Origin: a virus
Lineage: Duplodnaviria > Caudoviricetes
Reading direction: 5' to 3' (one strand)
Virus record (IMG/VR): IMGVR_UViG_3300021400_001148
Location: 256,001 to 320,000 of that record
DNA length: 64,000 nucleotides
Of the stretch, positions 46,039-56,500 are shown piece after piece (position 1 is the stretch's first letter; each line of letters begins with the position of its first letter). The notes beneath the pieces were generated by a model. It saw only the letters and a program-made list of their open reading frames with translations, did no database searches and was not told the DNA's origin. A program made the position numbers and the translations under genes.

Positions 46039-48237
46039 ATGGAAGTAAGAAAAAGCGATGGCCTCGTTGAAGAGTATTCGAGGGATAAAATTAGAAAAGG
46101 CATTTGTGAAGCATATAAAACTGCTGGCGAGAAGTGTGAAGATATCATTCTCGAAAATATAATTAATGGCCTTTTCGTTTATGAGGGCATGTCCACGGCG
46201 GAAGTACGCAGGCAGGTTGAAGAAGCCCTGATGTCAATAAATAAGAAGGTGGCCAAGGCATATATCGAAAACAATGATGATAGGAAAGACCTTAATAAAA
46301 AACGCGACTTTATCAAAGAATATATAAATGCCTCTAATGCCGCTACCGGCTCAAAGTTTGACTCAAATGCAAATGTAACAAATAAGAACATCGTTACACT
46401 GGGCCAAGAATTATATAAAGAGAATAATATTAAGCAGAATCGCTACATTCTTACAGACAAAATACGGAAGATGTATTCCAAAAAACTGGCTGACCAGTAT
46501 TTGGAAGACCTTCAAAGTCATGTTCTTTATAAGCACGATGAGAGTGGGACTCCGGGGTATGCTTATTGCGTCGCGATTACAATGTATCCGTTCCTTGTTG
46601 ATGGTTTAAAAAAACTTGGAGGGGTGTCGGTTGCCCCCACCGATTTAAGGTCATTTTGCGGTGAGTTCATCAATCTTGTTTATTCTGTAAGTTCTCAGTT
46701 TATGGGTGCTGTTGCCACACCTGAGTTCTTGATGTATATGGACTATTTTATCCGTAAGGATTATGGGGAAGATTACCTTGAGCGACTTAACGATGTTGTT
46801 GACCTCACAGCAAAGAAGAGAACACTTGTAAAGGTTATTGACAATGCATTCCAACAGGTTGTACACTCAATGAATATGCCCGCCGGAAACCGTGGCTACC
46901 AAACTGTCTTTTGGAATATAAGTTATTTTGATAAGGCATATTTTGAAGGTGTTTTTGGCGATTTTGTGTTCCCTGATGGGACAAAGCCAAAATGGGAGAC
47001 TCTTTCTTGGCTTCAAAAACATTTTATGAAGTGGTTCAATAAAGAGCGCGAAAAATATATACTTACATTCCCCGTGGAGACTATGGCACTTCTCACAGAT
47101 GGCGGAACTGATTTTGTAGATAAAGAATACGCCGATTTTACGGCTGAAATGTGGGCTGATGGGCACAGTTTCTTTTGCTATCTGTCGGATAGTCCTGATT
47201 CTTTGAGTTCATGCTGTCGTTTGAGAAACAGTTTGAAAGACCTTGATAATACCGACGAAGAGCATAATCATACCACACATCAGTATTCAATGGGTACTGC
47301 ATCAGTCTCAACTGGTTCAAAATCTGTTATGTCAATGAATCTTCCAAGAATAGTCCAAAATGCAACAAGAAGATACTTTGCTAATGAACTTGGTATTACT
47401 CTTGAAGATGGAAAAAATATACCAGAAAATGGTGTGAAATACGACAAGGATAAACTTTATGCATATATTCGTGAAGACATTAAGGAGCAGACAGACAGAA
47501 TTCACAAGTACCAGGTAGCATTTAATGAAACTATCAGTGATTTCCTTAAGGCCGGTATGCTTGATGTTTATAATGCTGGTTTCATTGACATGAGGAAACA
47601 ATACCTGACAGTAGGTGTAAATGGAATTACCGATGCCGCTGAATTTTTAGGAATTAAAGTTGATGCTAATGATGAGTACAAAGAGTTTGTGAATAACATT
47701 CTCGAAACCATCAACATCGAGAACCGTAAAGACAAGACCAGGGATTGCATGTTCAACACTGAATTTGTACCTGCCGAAAACCTTTCCGCGAAGAATTACA
47801 AATGGGATAAAAAAGACGGCTATTGGGTAAGCCCTAACAGGAATCTTTATAGCTCGTATTTCTACAATCCAGAGGATAATGAAGTAAGTGTGTTGCAGAA
47901 AATGGAATTGCACGGAAAAGAATATGTTAAATATCTCGATGGTGGAAGTGCTTTTCATTGTAACCTCCAAGAGCATTTATCAAAAGAGCAATATCGCCAG
48001 CTTTTAAGTGCCGCAGCGGGCAAAGGATGCAATTACTTTACATTCAATGTAAGAAACACCGTCTGCAATGATTGTGGGTATATTTCAAAGCATACATTAG
48101 ATAAATGCCCTCATTGTGGAAGTACGAATTTGGATTATCTGACTAGGGTTATTGGATATTTGAAACGAATTTCTTCCTTTGGTGAACCTAGGCAAATAGA
48201 GGCAAAACGAAGATTTTATCATAAAGATAATTTTTAA
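46039..48237 (+). CDS. nrdD: Anaerobic ribonucleoside-triphosphate reductase with ATP cone
   Basis: VRKSDG ATP cone, YC, TFPV, SSCCRL, TVGVNG, PAENLS, CxxC...CPHCG and the RVIGYL glycyl radical loop. Confidence 0.95.
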   Translation: MEVRKSDGLVEEYSRDKIRKGICEAYKTAGEKCEDIILENIINGLFVYEGMSTAEVRRQVEEALMSINKKVAKAYIENNDDRKDLNKKRDFIKEYINASNAATGSKFDSNANVTNKNIVTLGQELYKENNIKQNRYILTDKIRKMYSKKLADQYLEDLQSHVLYKHDESGTPGYAYCVAITMYPFLVDGLKKLGGVSVAPTDLRSFCGEFINLVYSVSSQFMGAVATPEFLMYMDYFIRKDYGEDYLERLNDVVDLTAKKRTLVKVIDNAFQQVVHSMNMPAGNRGYQTVFWNISYFDKAYFEGVFGDFVFPDGTKPKWETLSWLQKHFMKWFNKEREKYILTFPVETMALLTDGGTDFVDKEYADFTAEMWADGHSFFCYLSDSPDSLSSCCRLRNSLKDLDNTDEEHNHTTHQYSMGTASVSTGSKSVMSMNLPRIVQNATRRYFANELGITLEDGKNIPENGVKYDKDKLYAYIREDIKEQTDRIHKYQVAFNETISDFLKAGMLDVYNAGFIDMRKQYLTVGVNGITDAAEFLGIKVDANDEYKEFVNNILETINIENRKDKTRDCMFNTEFVPAENLSAKNYKWDKKDGYWVSPNRNLYSSYFYNPEDNEVSVLQKMELHGKEYVKYLDGGSAFHCNLQEHLSKEQYRQLLSAAAGKGCNYFTFNVRNTVCNDCGYISKHTLDKCPHCGSTNLDYLTRVIGYLKRISSFGEPRQIEAKRRFYHKDNF

Positions 48238-48309
48238 AAACATAGTTTAATTGATGTACTCCCCATGGATAAAGTCTGTGGGGAGTTTAAATATCACAAG
48301 AAAAGAAGT

Positions 48310-48324
48310 TTTTGTATATTTGTA
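48310..48324 (+). promoter_or_regulatory. Early/middle promoter TTTTGTATATTTGTA
   Basis: 12 nt upstream of ATG 48337. Confidence 0.7.
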
Positions 48325-48336
48325 AAAAACCAATTT

Positions 48337-49062
48337 ATGTTTACAACTATTTTGAAAGAAAACATATTTAAGCACAAAACTGAAGGTTATAAATTGTGTT
48401 ATATTGATGAGATACCTGAAACCTATTCTGACTGGTCTCCTGAGACATTGGAGTGGATGAAGACCGACGAATACAAAAGGTTGAGAGCGGAGAGGGAAGC
48501 AATCCGCGAGGCAGCAATTAAGGAGAAGGGTTATTACACTGAACGGTACGACTGGAATGATTACTATAACCAAAAACATGTCTTGCAGGACTACCCTAAT
48601 GAAGACTTTGTAAGAGGAAAACAGGAGTTTTATGCTTATTTCACACCAATGTTTCTTGATGAACAGTGGGGTGATGATTGGGACGATGCTCCGTACGAAC
48701 ATAATGCCGGGGTTCCTTATGATGACATAATACTGGAAAGTAAACCACTGGAGAAGTTTGGAAATTTGAGTGTGGTGACCAAGAAAAAGGAATATGAAAT
48801 CATACGGGTTCCGTTTTATATTCCATCAGGTGGCTGGGATGTAATGTTACCCAAAGACTGGGGTGGTTTAAACTCGCCGTTCTGTGTCAGGGACATCAAC
48901 GCCGGTGCGGTGGCTTGGATTTTTGCACGCGGTCCGGAAGGGAAAAGTTCAGGCGGCGCAATAAGTATTCTTGCTGGATGTAGCCCGGAAGAGTTTGCTG
49001 AAAAAATAGGAAAAATTAACGAAATGTATCCGTACGTTCCGGAGGATGAGGAGGAGGAGTAA
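48337..49062 (+). CDS. Hypothetical protein with WGDDWDDAPYEHNAG motif
   Basis: Start moved to ATG 48337, behind the promoter. Lies between nrdD and nrdG. Confidence 0.75.
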   Translation: MFTTILKENIFKHKTEGYKLCYIDEIPETYSDWSPETLEWMKTDEYKRLRAEREAIREAAIKEKGYYTERYDWNDYYNQKHVLQDYPNEDFVRGKQEFYAYFTPMFLDEQWGDDWDDAPYEHNAGVPYDDIILESKPLEKFGNLSVVTKKKEYEIIRVPFYIPSGGWDVMLPKDWGGLNSPFCVRDINAGAVAWIFARGPEGKSSGGAISILAGCSPEEFAEKIGKINEMYPYVPEDEEEE

Positions 49063-49064
49063 CA

Positions 49065-49577
49065 ATGATTAAGTATTTACCAAATACAGTATCTGTCGTT
49101 TTTGAGGAAATTCCTGATATGGTGACGCTTATGATAGAAATAACCCAGTGCCAGAATAATTGCGAGGGTTGTCACAGCCCGTGGCTTAAACAGGATATCG
49201 GGGAGGAACTGACGGAGGATAAATTGAGAGAAATAATTGAAAAAAACAAGGGTGTGAATTGTCTGCTTTTCTCCGGTGAGGGCAAAGACCCCTTGACACT
49301 TGTGAAACTGGCGAAGATTGGAAAGGAGTGCGGATTGAAAACCGGTGTATACAGTGGGCGTGAAACCATCCCCTATGAAGAGGCTTTGATGTATACAGAT
49401 GCCTTCGATTATATTAAGATTGGGCCGTATGTTAAAAAATGGGGGCCACTTAATAATGAGTGTACCAATCAACACCTTTATTATAAGAATCTGGGCCTCG
49501 AAACAGTTCTTTTTGATGGACAGCCATTTATCGGGTGGACTGATATAACATACAAGTTTTGGAAAAGAAAAATCTAA
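49065..49577 (+). CDS. nrdG: Anaerobic RNR activating radical SAM protein
   Basis: EEIPD, CQNNCEGCHSP (CxxxCxxC), YSG, DYIKIGPY...GPL...TNQ. Confidence 0.92.
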   Translation: MIKYLPNTVSVVFEEIPDMVTLMIEITQCQNNCEGCHSPWLKQDIGEELTEDKLREIIEKNKGVNCLLFSGEGKDPLTLVKLAKIGKECGLKTGVYSGRETIPYEEALMYTDAFDYIKIGPYVKKWGPLNNECTNQHLYYKNLGLETVLFDGQPFIGWTDITYKFWKRKI

Positions 49578-49705
49578 TGTATTTTGTCAAAAAAACAGAA
49601 AAATTGACAAAATTGTTTAAAACTATCAAAAACCAGTACTTTTGGTGTTTTTCGTTCTGAAATCTGTGCCGAAGGGATACAAAATATTTTCAGAAAACTT
49701 TCGAG

Positions 49706-49731
49706 ACCTCGGGAATTAAGCCCGAGGTTTT
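49706..49731 (+). terminator. Terminator hairpin
   Basis: ACCTCGGG-AATTAAG-CCCGAGGT followed by TTT. Confidence 0.7.
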
Positions 49732-49732
49732 C

Positions 49733-49740
49733 TATTTATA
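49733..49740 (+). promoter_or_regulatory. Putative late promoter TATTTATA
   Basis: 13 nt upstream of ATG 49754. Confidence 0.6.
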
Positions 49741-49753
49741 GGAAAAAAGAAGT

Positions 49754-50116
49754 ATGAAAAAATTCCTGAACATACTATTAGTGTTCCTTATCGGCGCGGC
49801 AATTTCGTCCTGCTGCCTTTTTAGGAAGGTCCCTCAGAAACAGACCACGGATATGGTACTTGCCGGGAGTATGAAAATTGTTTATGAAAGGGACTTCAAT
49901 CCTTACCAGTTTGATTCCCTGTGCGTGGCAGATACTATACCGCAACTCCTCACCAAGTGGAGGAAATCTAACATTTATGATTATGAGACACAGAAGTCAA
50001 TAGACGAGTACTTGTATATTAAGCGGCTCGGGACAAATGAATCAATTTATAGACTCATACTGAAAGATGAAGAAACTTATAATGTTCGTAAGAGGATTGT
50101 TTATGAAACAAAGTAA
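49754..50116 (+). CDS. Lipoprotein
   Basis: MKKFLNILLVFLIGAAISS-C signal peptidase II signal. Confidence 0.7.
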   Translation: MKKFLNILLVFLIGAAISSCCLFRKVPQKQTTDMVLAGSMKIVYERDFNPYQFDSLCVADTIPQLLTKWRKSNIYDYETQKSIDEYLYIKRLGTNESIYRLILKDEETYNVRKRIVYETK

Positions 50117-50744
50117 ACCTAAAACCCTTGGATGCACTCCATCGAAACTCGATGGGACTGAGCATATATATGATATTCCGGATACACTTGAACTTCCGGA
50201 AGAGTATGATTTTCGCAAGTATCTTTCAAAAATACTTGACCAAGGTTCTCAGCCGATATGTGTGCCGTGTTCCCTTTCCACTTGGATAAATTGGAGGGTT
50301 AACTTGGAGGACGGTTCAACCAAAGATAATGGCGTCAGCCTTGCTCAGATTTTCAACAATGCCGGCGGCTCCAGTGATGGTATGACCTATAAGGATGCTC
50401 TTTCATATCTCCGGCACAAGGGTGTTTATACCAAAACGGCTGGAAACATCAAAATTAAAGAGTATGCGATGATAAAAAACATTGTATCACTGAAGGATGC
50501 TATTATAGCGAACGGCCCGTGTTTCGGGGCACTTCCTGTTTATGATGATACTGGTTATGAAAAGTTCTGGGATAAAAAAAGAGGATACCTTAAAGGTGGG
50601 CACGCAGTTGCCGTTGTGGGATGGACAAAGGAAGGTTTCGTGATAAGGAATTCGTGGGGTACAAGTTTTGGTAAGAAGGGTTATACAATATTACCTTATA
50701 ATGAATTCGGAACACTTTTGGAACTTTGGACAATAGTTGCTTAA
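50103..50744 (+). CDS. Papain-family (C1) cysteine peptidase
   Basis: LPEEYDFR, DQGSQPICV, GGHAVAVVGW, IRNSWG..FG..GY. Start moved to ATG 50103. Confidence 0.9.
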   Translation: MKQSKPKTLGCTPSKLDGTEHIYDIPDTLELPEEYDFRKYLSKILDQGSQPICVPCSLSTWINWRVNLEDGSTKDNGVSLAQIFNNAGGSSDGMTYKDALSYLRHKGVYTKTAGNIKIKEYAMIKNIVSLKDAIIANGPCFGALPVYDDTGYEKFWDKKRGYLKGGHAVAVVGWTKEGFVIRNSWGTSFGKKGYTILPYNEFGTLLELWTIVA

Positions 50745-50749
50745 CATAG

Positions 50750-50776
50750 GACGGGCCGTGAGGTCCGTTTTTCTTT
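50750..50776 (+). terminator. Rho-independent terminator
   Basis: GACGGGCC-GTGA-GGTCCGTT followed by a T-rich tail. Confidence 0.8.
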
Positions 50777-50825
50777 ACATTTACGCCCTTTTCTTGTATT
50801 TTCTAAGGAGAAAAAGAACACTGGA

Positions 50826-50833
50826 TATTTATT
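50826..50833 (+). promoter_or_regulatory. Putative late promoter TATTTATT
   Basis: 15 nt upstream of the gp25-like ATG. Confidence 0.6.
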
Positions 50834-50848
50834 GTAAAAACTCCTTAA

Positions 50849-51244
50849 ATGGCTAGAAGAAAACAATATTATGGCATAAGGTTTCCTTTTACGAAGGAAA
50901 ATAATGACGAGGTTTTCCTTGATTTGAACAAGGACTTCGTCGAAAAGGCTAAGAGTGAAATGTTTCATCTCATTTTCACCCCAAAAGGCCAGCGGTATCG
51001 TATGCCTGATTTCGGAACCCGTCTTATTGATTATATTTTTGATAGTAATATTGATGTCTCCTTTGCAGACATAAAAAGTGAAATCAGAACTGCCATGGAA
51101 AAATATGTTCCCTCTGTCACCTTGAATGATATTGAGGTTTTCCGTGAGGAGGATGATGACCACACGGCGTATGCCGATATAAAGTTTACAGTGAAAGACG
51201 GAAACCTTTCGACTGGTGTATTAGAGACAAGAATTAAGATATAA
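50849..51244 (+). CDS. Baseplate wedge / sheath initiator (T4 gp25-like)
   Basis: GIRFPF, LIFTPKGQRYRMPDFGT.L..YIFD. Confidence 0.9.
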   Translation: MARRKQYYGIRFPFTKENNDEVFLDLNKDFVEKAKSEMFHLIFTPKGQRYRMPDFGTRLIDYIFDSNIDVSFADIKSEIRTAMEKYVPSVTLNDIEVFREEDDDHTAYADIKFTVKDGNLSTGVLETRIKI

Positions 51245-53253
51245 TGGAAAAGAAAATATCATACTTAAATAGGAATTTTGATGATTACAGGCAAGCCCTC
51301 ATAGACTTTACAAGGGAGTATTATCCAACTATGAGCGACACTTTCAATGATGCGTCTATTGGGTCATGGCTCATTGATATTGTTGCCGGTGTATCTGACA
51401 ACCTTTCTTTCCTCGCAGACAAAGTTTATCAAGAGACTTCGGTAAACAGTGCACAACAGATGATGTCCCTTATGAATCTGGCAAGAAGCAAGGGCTTGAA
51501 AATACCGGGCCCTAAATCTTCTGTTGCAGAGGTTGAAATCACTTGCGTTCTTCCAGTTAACACTATAAATCCCAATTCTGCATCGACCACAAGGGTTCCA
51601 TCGTGGGAATATGCACCATATTTGAAAAAGGGGATGCAATTTTCCGCCGGGGCCCAAATCTTCGAACTTTATGAGGATGTGGATTTCGGAAACCCGTTCG
51701 ACAGCAACGGTTTCGGAGACAGGACCATCAGGGAGAACAGGAATTCCAATGGTGTCATCGTAAGTTACACAATTGGAAAAAGAGGTATTGTGGTCAGTGG
51801 TGAAAGTAAGGTTTTCAGAAAGGTTCTTAGAAGTAGTGATATTGTGCCGTTTATGGAAGTTATCATACCAGACAGCGGTGTAATGAATGTTGAGAGTATT
51901 ATTGTAAAAGATGGAACAGACTATCTTTCAGACCCGGATACAACTGAGTTTGAATTTCTGGAAGAGTATACATCAGCAGAAAACAATAGGGCTGGCCGTG
52001 TTCCTGTTTATAGATTCTTTGAAGTGGATTCTTTATCAGACCAGACAAGATGGGGTGAGGTTACGAAGGCTGACGGCAATCCTGAAATATACCAATATGG
52101 TTTCCTCACATCCAACGGAACGGTTCCGGCATATTCAATCACCAAGGGTGAATGGAAACCTATCAAACAAAAGTTCATCACTGAGTTTACCGACAAGGGG
52201 TATTTGAAAGTGATTTTCGGAGCCGGTACCGCTGAGGGCCAGAACATAGATTACAGTAATGCCTCGAGTTTCGGAAAATACCAAATTTCAAAACTGATAA
52301 ACAATGACAGTCTTGGTGTTTTACCGAATGCCGGGATGACTCTTTTCATAAAGTACCGCGTTGGCGGTGGCCTTGAATCAAATGTTGCCGAGGGAGCAAT
52401 CAGCACCATAGTTTCTTATGATATGTTTGTTTCCTGCCAGAATGGTGCTGCCATTGACAATACCATCGTGGATGCTGTGAGAAACTCATTGTCGGTCAGG
52501 AATGTAACCCCTTCACTTTCGGGTAAGGATATGCCTTCCGAGGCCGAGATAAGAAACCTTATCAAATACAACAACGGAGCACAAAACAGGTGTGTTACAG
52601 TTAAGGATTACTACGAAAGAATTTTGAAGATGCCTCCGAAATATGGTACTCCTTTCCGTGTTGGTGTTGAGGAACTCAACAATAAAATCAGGATTGACCT
52701 TCTTGGGATTGATACGGAAAGGCACCTCAGCGATTTGCTTCCGGATTTCTTGGTAAGGAACATTGCTGACTACCTTTCGGAATACAAGATGATTAACGAC
52801 GCGGTGGAGATTTTCCCGGGGCGAATCATCAACATTTCAGTAGAGGCGGACATTTATATCGCAAAGGATTACAATACAACAAATGTGGTGAGAAATGTAA
52901 TTTCCACTATCAGGGATTATATGGACATTTCCAAACACCATATGGGTGAAGATATCTACATCAGTGACATTGTGAAAGAAGTGATGAAAATAGACGGCGT
53001 ACTCAGTGTGAAAGAGATAAGGGTTTACAATGAAACGGGGGCCGACTATTCAAACACCCAGACAAGTCTTCCTGAGTACAGGGTTGAGACATGCGACGAT
53101 ACTGATGAAGATGTGTCGGATGATTCAGTTAATACCAACAGAAAACGCATTGACATCGACAGCCTTGAGGGTATCCTTTATTCCGATACTGATATGATGT
53201 ATGAAATAAAGTACCCGGAGAAAGACATCAGGATTAAACCTAAAAACAGATAA
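51244..53253 (+). CDS. Baseplate wedge subunit (T4 gp6 / P2 gpJ-like)
   Basis: YLNRNFD..R..L, D..LSF..D, A......LA, VIFG.G, YRVGGG..SN, QNRCVTVKDY. Confidence 0.9.
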   Translation: MEKKISYLNRNFDDYRQALIDFTREYYPTMSDTFNDASIGSWLIDIVAGVSDNLSFLADKVYQETSVNSAQQMMSLMNLARSKGLKIPGPKSSVAEVEITCVLPVNTINPNSASTTRVPSWEYAPYLKKGMQFSAGAQIFELYEDVDFGNPFDSNGFGDRTIRENRNSNGVIVSYTIGKRGIVVSGESKVFRKVLRSSDIVPFMEVIIPDSGVMNVESIIVKDGTDYLSDPDTTEFEFLEEYTSAENNRAGRVPVYRFFEVDSLSDQTRWGEVTKADGNPEIYQYGFLTSNGTVPAYSITKGEWKPIKQKFITEFTDKGYLKVIFGAGTAEGQNIDYSNASSFGKYQISKLINNDSLGVLPNAGMTLFIKYRVGGGLESNVAEGAISTIVSYDMFVSCQNGAAIDNTIVDAVRNSLSVRNVTPSLSGKDMPSEAEIRNLIKYNNGAQNRCVTVKDYYERILKMPPKYGTPFRVGVEELNNKIRIDLLGIDTERHLSDLLPDFLVRNIADYLSEYKMINDAVEIFPGRIINISVEADIYIAKDYNTTNVVRNVISTIRDYMDISKHHMGEDIYISDIVKEVMKIDGVLSVKEIRVYNETGADYSNTQTSLPEYRVETCDDTDEDVSDDSVNTNRKRIDIDSLEGILYSDTDMMYEIKYPEKDIRIKPKNR

Positions 53254-53519
53254 TGGCCTGCAACTGTAAAACCAATGCCAAGTTAATAGAACTCGGGCTG
53301 AGGTATGGTACTGGTGGTAAACTGACGAGAAAAGAAATACTCAAAAAGGATTTGAAAGGTATCCTTCTTTCAATCCTCTCTTTGCTTATTACTATTATAG
53401 TTTTACCATTTATTGTCTTGTATGTTGTTTTTAAAGGCCTTTTTTCAAAGAATAAAGGCATCAATTTTAAAAAGATTTTCAGATTGAAACAAAATGTCAG
53501 AGAAGAACAAAACATATAG
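53253..53519 (+). CDS. Small membrane protein (MACNCK N-terminus)
   Basis: Long hydrophobic stretch GILLSILSLLITIIVLPFIVLYVVF. Overlaps both neighbouring genes. Confidence 0.65.
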   Translation: MACNCKTNAKLIELGLRYGTGGKLTRKEILKKDLKGILLSILSLLITIIVLPFIVLYVVFKGLFSKNKGINFKKIFRLKQNVREEQNI

Positions 53520-56500
53520 AGTGAATACCAAGGTCGGGGTTGGCATCAACTCAGCGGCATCGGACAAATATTTGACAATTAACCTTAATGATACTTTTGA
53601 TACCATTGAGGTTTTGTCGCTTAAAATACGGCAGGAAAATGTTTATCGTGTGCACAGTTCTCAGTATGGCGTTATTGTGGGTCGAGCCGTCGCAAACGGT
53701 GGATTTGGTGTTCCAAATGTTAAGGTAAGTGTCTTTATCCCGAGAGATGCTGAAACTGCTGACGACCCGGTAAAGAACTTTTTATACCCTTACACTACCT
53801 CAACATCAAAAAATGCCGACAGGGTCAGGTACAATCTTCTTCCGAGTGAAAGTGATGATGACTGTTACCAGACAGTGGGAACATTCCCAACCAAAAGAAT
53901 GGTCCTCGATGACAACAACTATCTTGAAGTTTTCAACAAATACTACAAGTACACAACCAGAACCAATGCCTCCGGGGATTATATGATTTTCGGCGTGCCG
54001 GTCGGAAGCCAAACCATTCACACTGATATGGATTTGTCTGATGTTGGTGTGCTCAGTCAGAAACCAAGAGATTTTACTTATAAAGGTTACAGCCGGACGC
54101 AGTTTGAAACCCCTAACCAGTTCAAGGCAAGTACAAACCTTGCTGAACTCCCTCAGATAGTTTCGCAGGATGGAGCTGTTTATGTTTATCCGTTCTGGGG
54201 AGATACCAATGAGAACATTATTGGCATTACTCGTTATGACATAGATATCGATTACAAGTTTGAGCCTACTTGCGTCTTTATGGGTTCCATTGTTTCTGAT
54301 ACTGGTAACAATAAACTAAGTAAAAGGTGCGTGCCGTCAGAAAATATGGGCGTAATGGAAGAACTTGTCACGGGACAGGGTACGATTGAAATGATTAGGA
54401 AAACCATCACCGGCTCCGTGGAAGAGTTCGCAATTCAAGGGAATCAGTTAATAGACGACCACGGCGTGTGGTGCTATCAGATTCCAATGAATTTGGATTA
54501 TGTAATGACAGATGAATATGGTAACCTTGTACCAAGCGATAACCCCGAAAAGGGTATTCCTACGAGGGCGAGGGTTCGTTTCCGTGTGTCGATGAATGAC
54601 TTGCAAGAAGATGCATCAAACACATTCCGCGGTAAAGTACTTGTTCCTAATAACCCTAAACTTGAGAATGGAGCTGTAACTCCGGACTATATATTCGGGA
54701 CCCTCACTGACGAATCAAGTTACAGGGACTTGCTTTGGAATAACATTTACACCGTTAAATCTTTCATACCACGTTTTCAGAAGAACAACTCCAACCTGAA
54801 CAGAAGATTTTCAGGTATCAAGCAGTGTAACTATTACGGGAGTAATAATCCGATACCATACAATAACATTCGTGTCAGACTGTCTTTCCAGTTTAGGATT
54901 GCTTGTCTTTTGGTTAAAATTCTTTTAAAAATAATAGGGGCATATAATAAAATTGTAAGTTATCTATCAAATATTCTGAGCGGATTTGGCGTTTGGATAC
55001 TCCCAGAATGGGCAAATAAAAGCATTCAAAATGTTGGTAAAAGAATGTCTTGTTTAACCGTGGACGGCTCGCTTTGTAGTACATTGGATGGAGAGTGGGC
55101 CTTTGCTCCTGGTTGTTCAAACTCTTCTAGTGATAACAGCTCATGGGTTTGGAAAAACGCACTCAAAAAATTAGTTGGAAGCGGTGAATATGTTGATGAA
55201 AAAAGAGGGGACGGGGATGATAAAAATTCTATCGATTGGATAAACGCACCCAACCCGACAAGGGTAAACAACTCTTATGATTATATAATGGCCAGGGGTA
55301 TTGACTATTTTAAACAGTGTGTTGAAATAAGTCTGGCTGAGGAGTATAAGGTCATTCAGTTTGATTTTTACAACGATTGGTTGAATGGAGCAATATACAT
55401 ACCCAAATGGGAGCGACACATTTCAAGGAAAAGAACTTTCTTTATTTTTGGCCCCAAGAAGACAAAAATTAGGGCTTGTACAGACGCATATAAAGCAAAA
55501 CGAGTGAATTTAACAGAACAATGTGCAATTTCAGTTAATTTACCTTCGAATGTGGTGTCAACACCTGTTGGCTGTACCAATAAAACCTATGAATGCCATA
55601 AGAAATCTGGCCGCCGGCAGGCTGAAATCTTTGGAAATGGTGCTGCTGTTCATGAAGAATTGACTTCTTCAAAAAAATATGCCTATTATTTTAAACCTTG
55701 TGAAGTGTACAGGGATTCTAGTGGAGTCAAAAAAATAAACCTTTTTGCTACTGATTTGGTCCTGCTTGGTTCGCTTAATCCATACAATATTTCCGAAACA
55801 CCTGTTTTTATTGATGGTTTGGAAACAACAAGTTATAAACTTCCGTCGCCTTTAGTTTTGACTGACTCGGAAGAGGAGGGCGAGCAATACACATTGAAAG
55901 GCGGTGCAAATATTTTAACGTACAATGACGCCCCGTTTGCTGCTTATATAACAGATGATGACGCAATGGCGCCGTTCAATAATGGAAAAATAGCCGAAGA
56001 ATCTGGTATAGACTGGGCATTCGCGGGTAATGGGCAGGGAAAAAATCAAATTGCAGCAAATTATACTCCTGGTGGTCATTTTATAGGTATTTCTTGTATG
56101 AACGCACAAACAACCACCAAGACATGTATAAACCTTAGAAGAATATGTGAGATTGGGGTTTTTCCATCATCATCTTACAAAGTACCAACTTTTTCGGGCG
56201 AAACCGAGACAGCAGCACAAGTTGTGACAAATGGGTTAATATCAAAAGATGAAATCACTTCTAATGATTTCAGAAAACTCTTTGCTACATTAAATTACAA
56301 CAGTTTGCAAGTAGAGTTTGATGAGACTGGGATTGCAAAATATAGTTTTACAGGCCTTTCCCCTGAAAATTTCGGAGGGGAAATGGCTTCTTATACCAGT
56401 GAAAATTATAACAGTAGTGTCCCTAATGAAGAGGTACAAGGTTTCCTCGAAGATGAAAATGCTAATAGCGAGAGAATAACTTCAGTAATTAGAAGGTCGT

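Noticed and set aside
34065-48237. Inteins or introns in recA, the helicase or nrdD
   Set aside because: The ORFs are continuous, of normal length, and show no intein or LAGLIDADG motifs.
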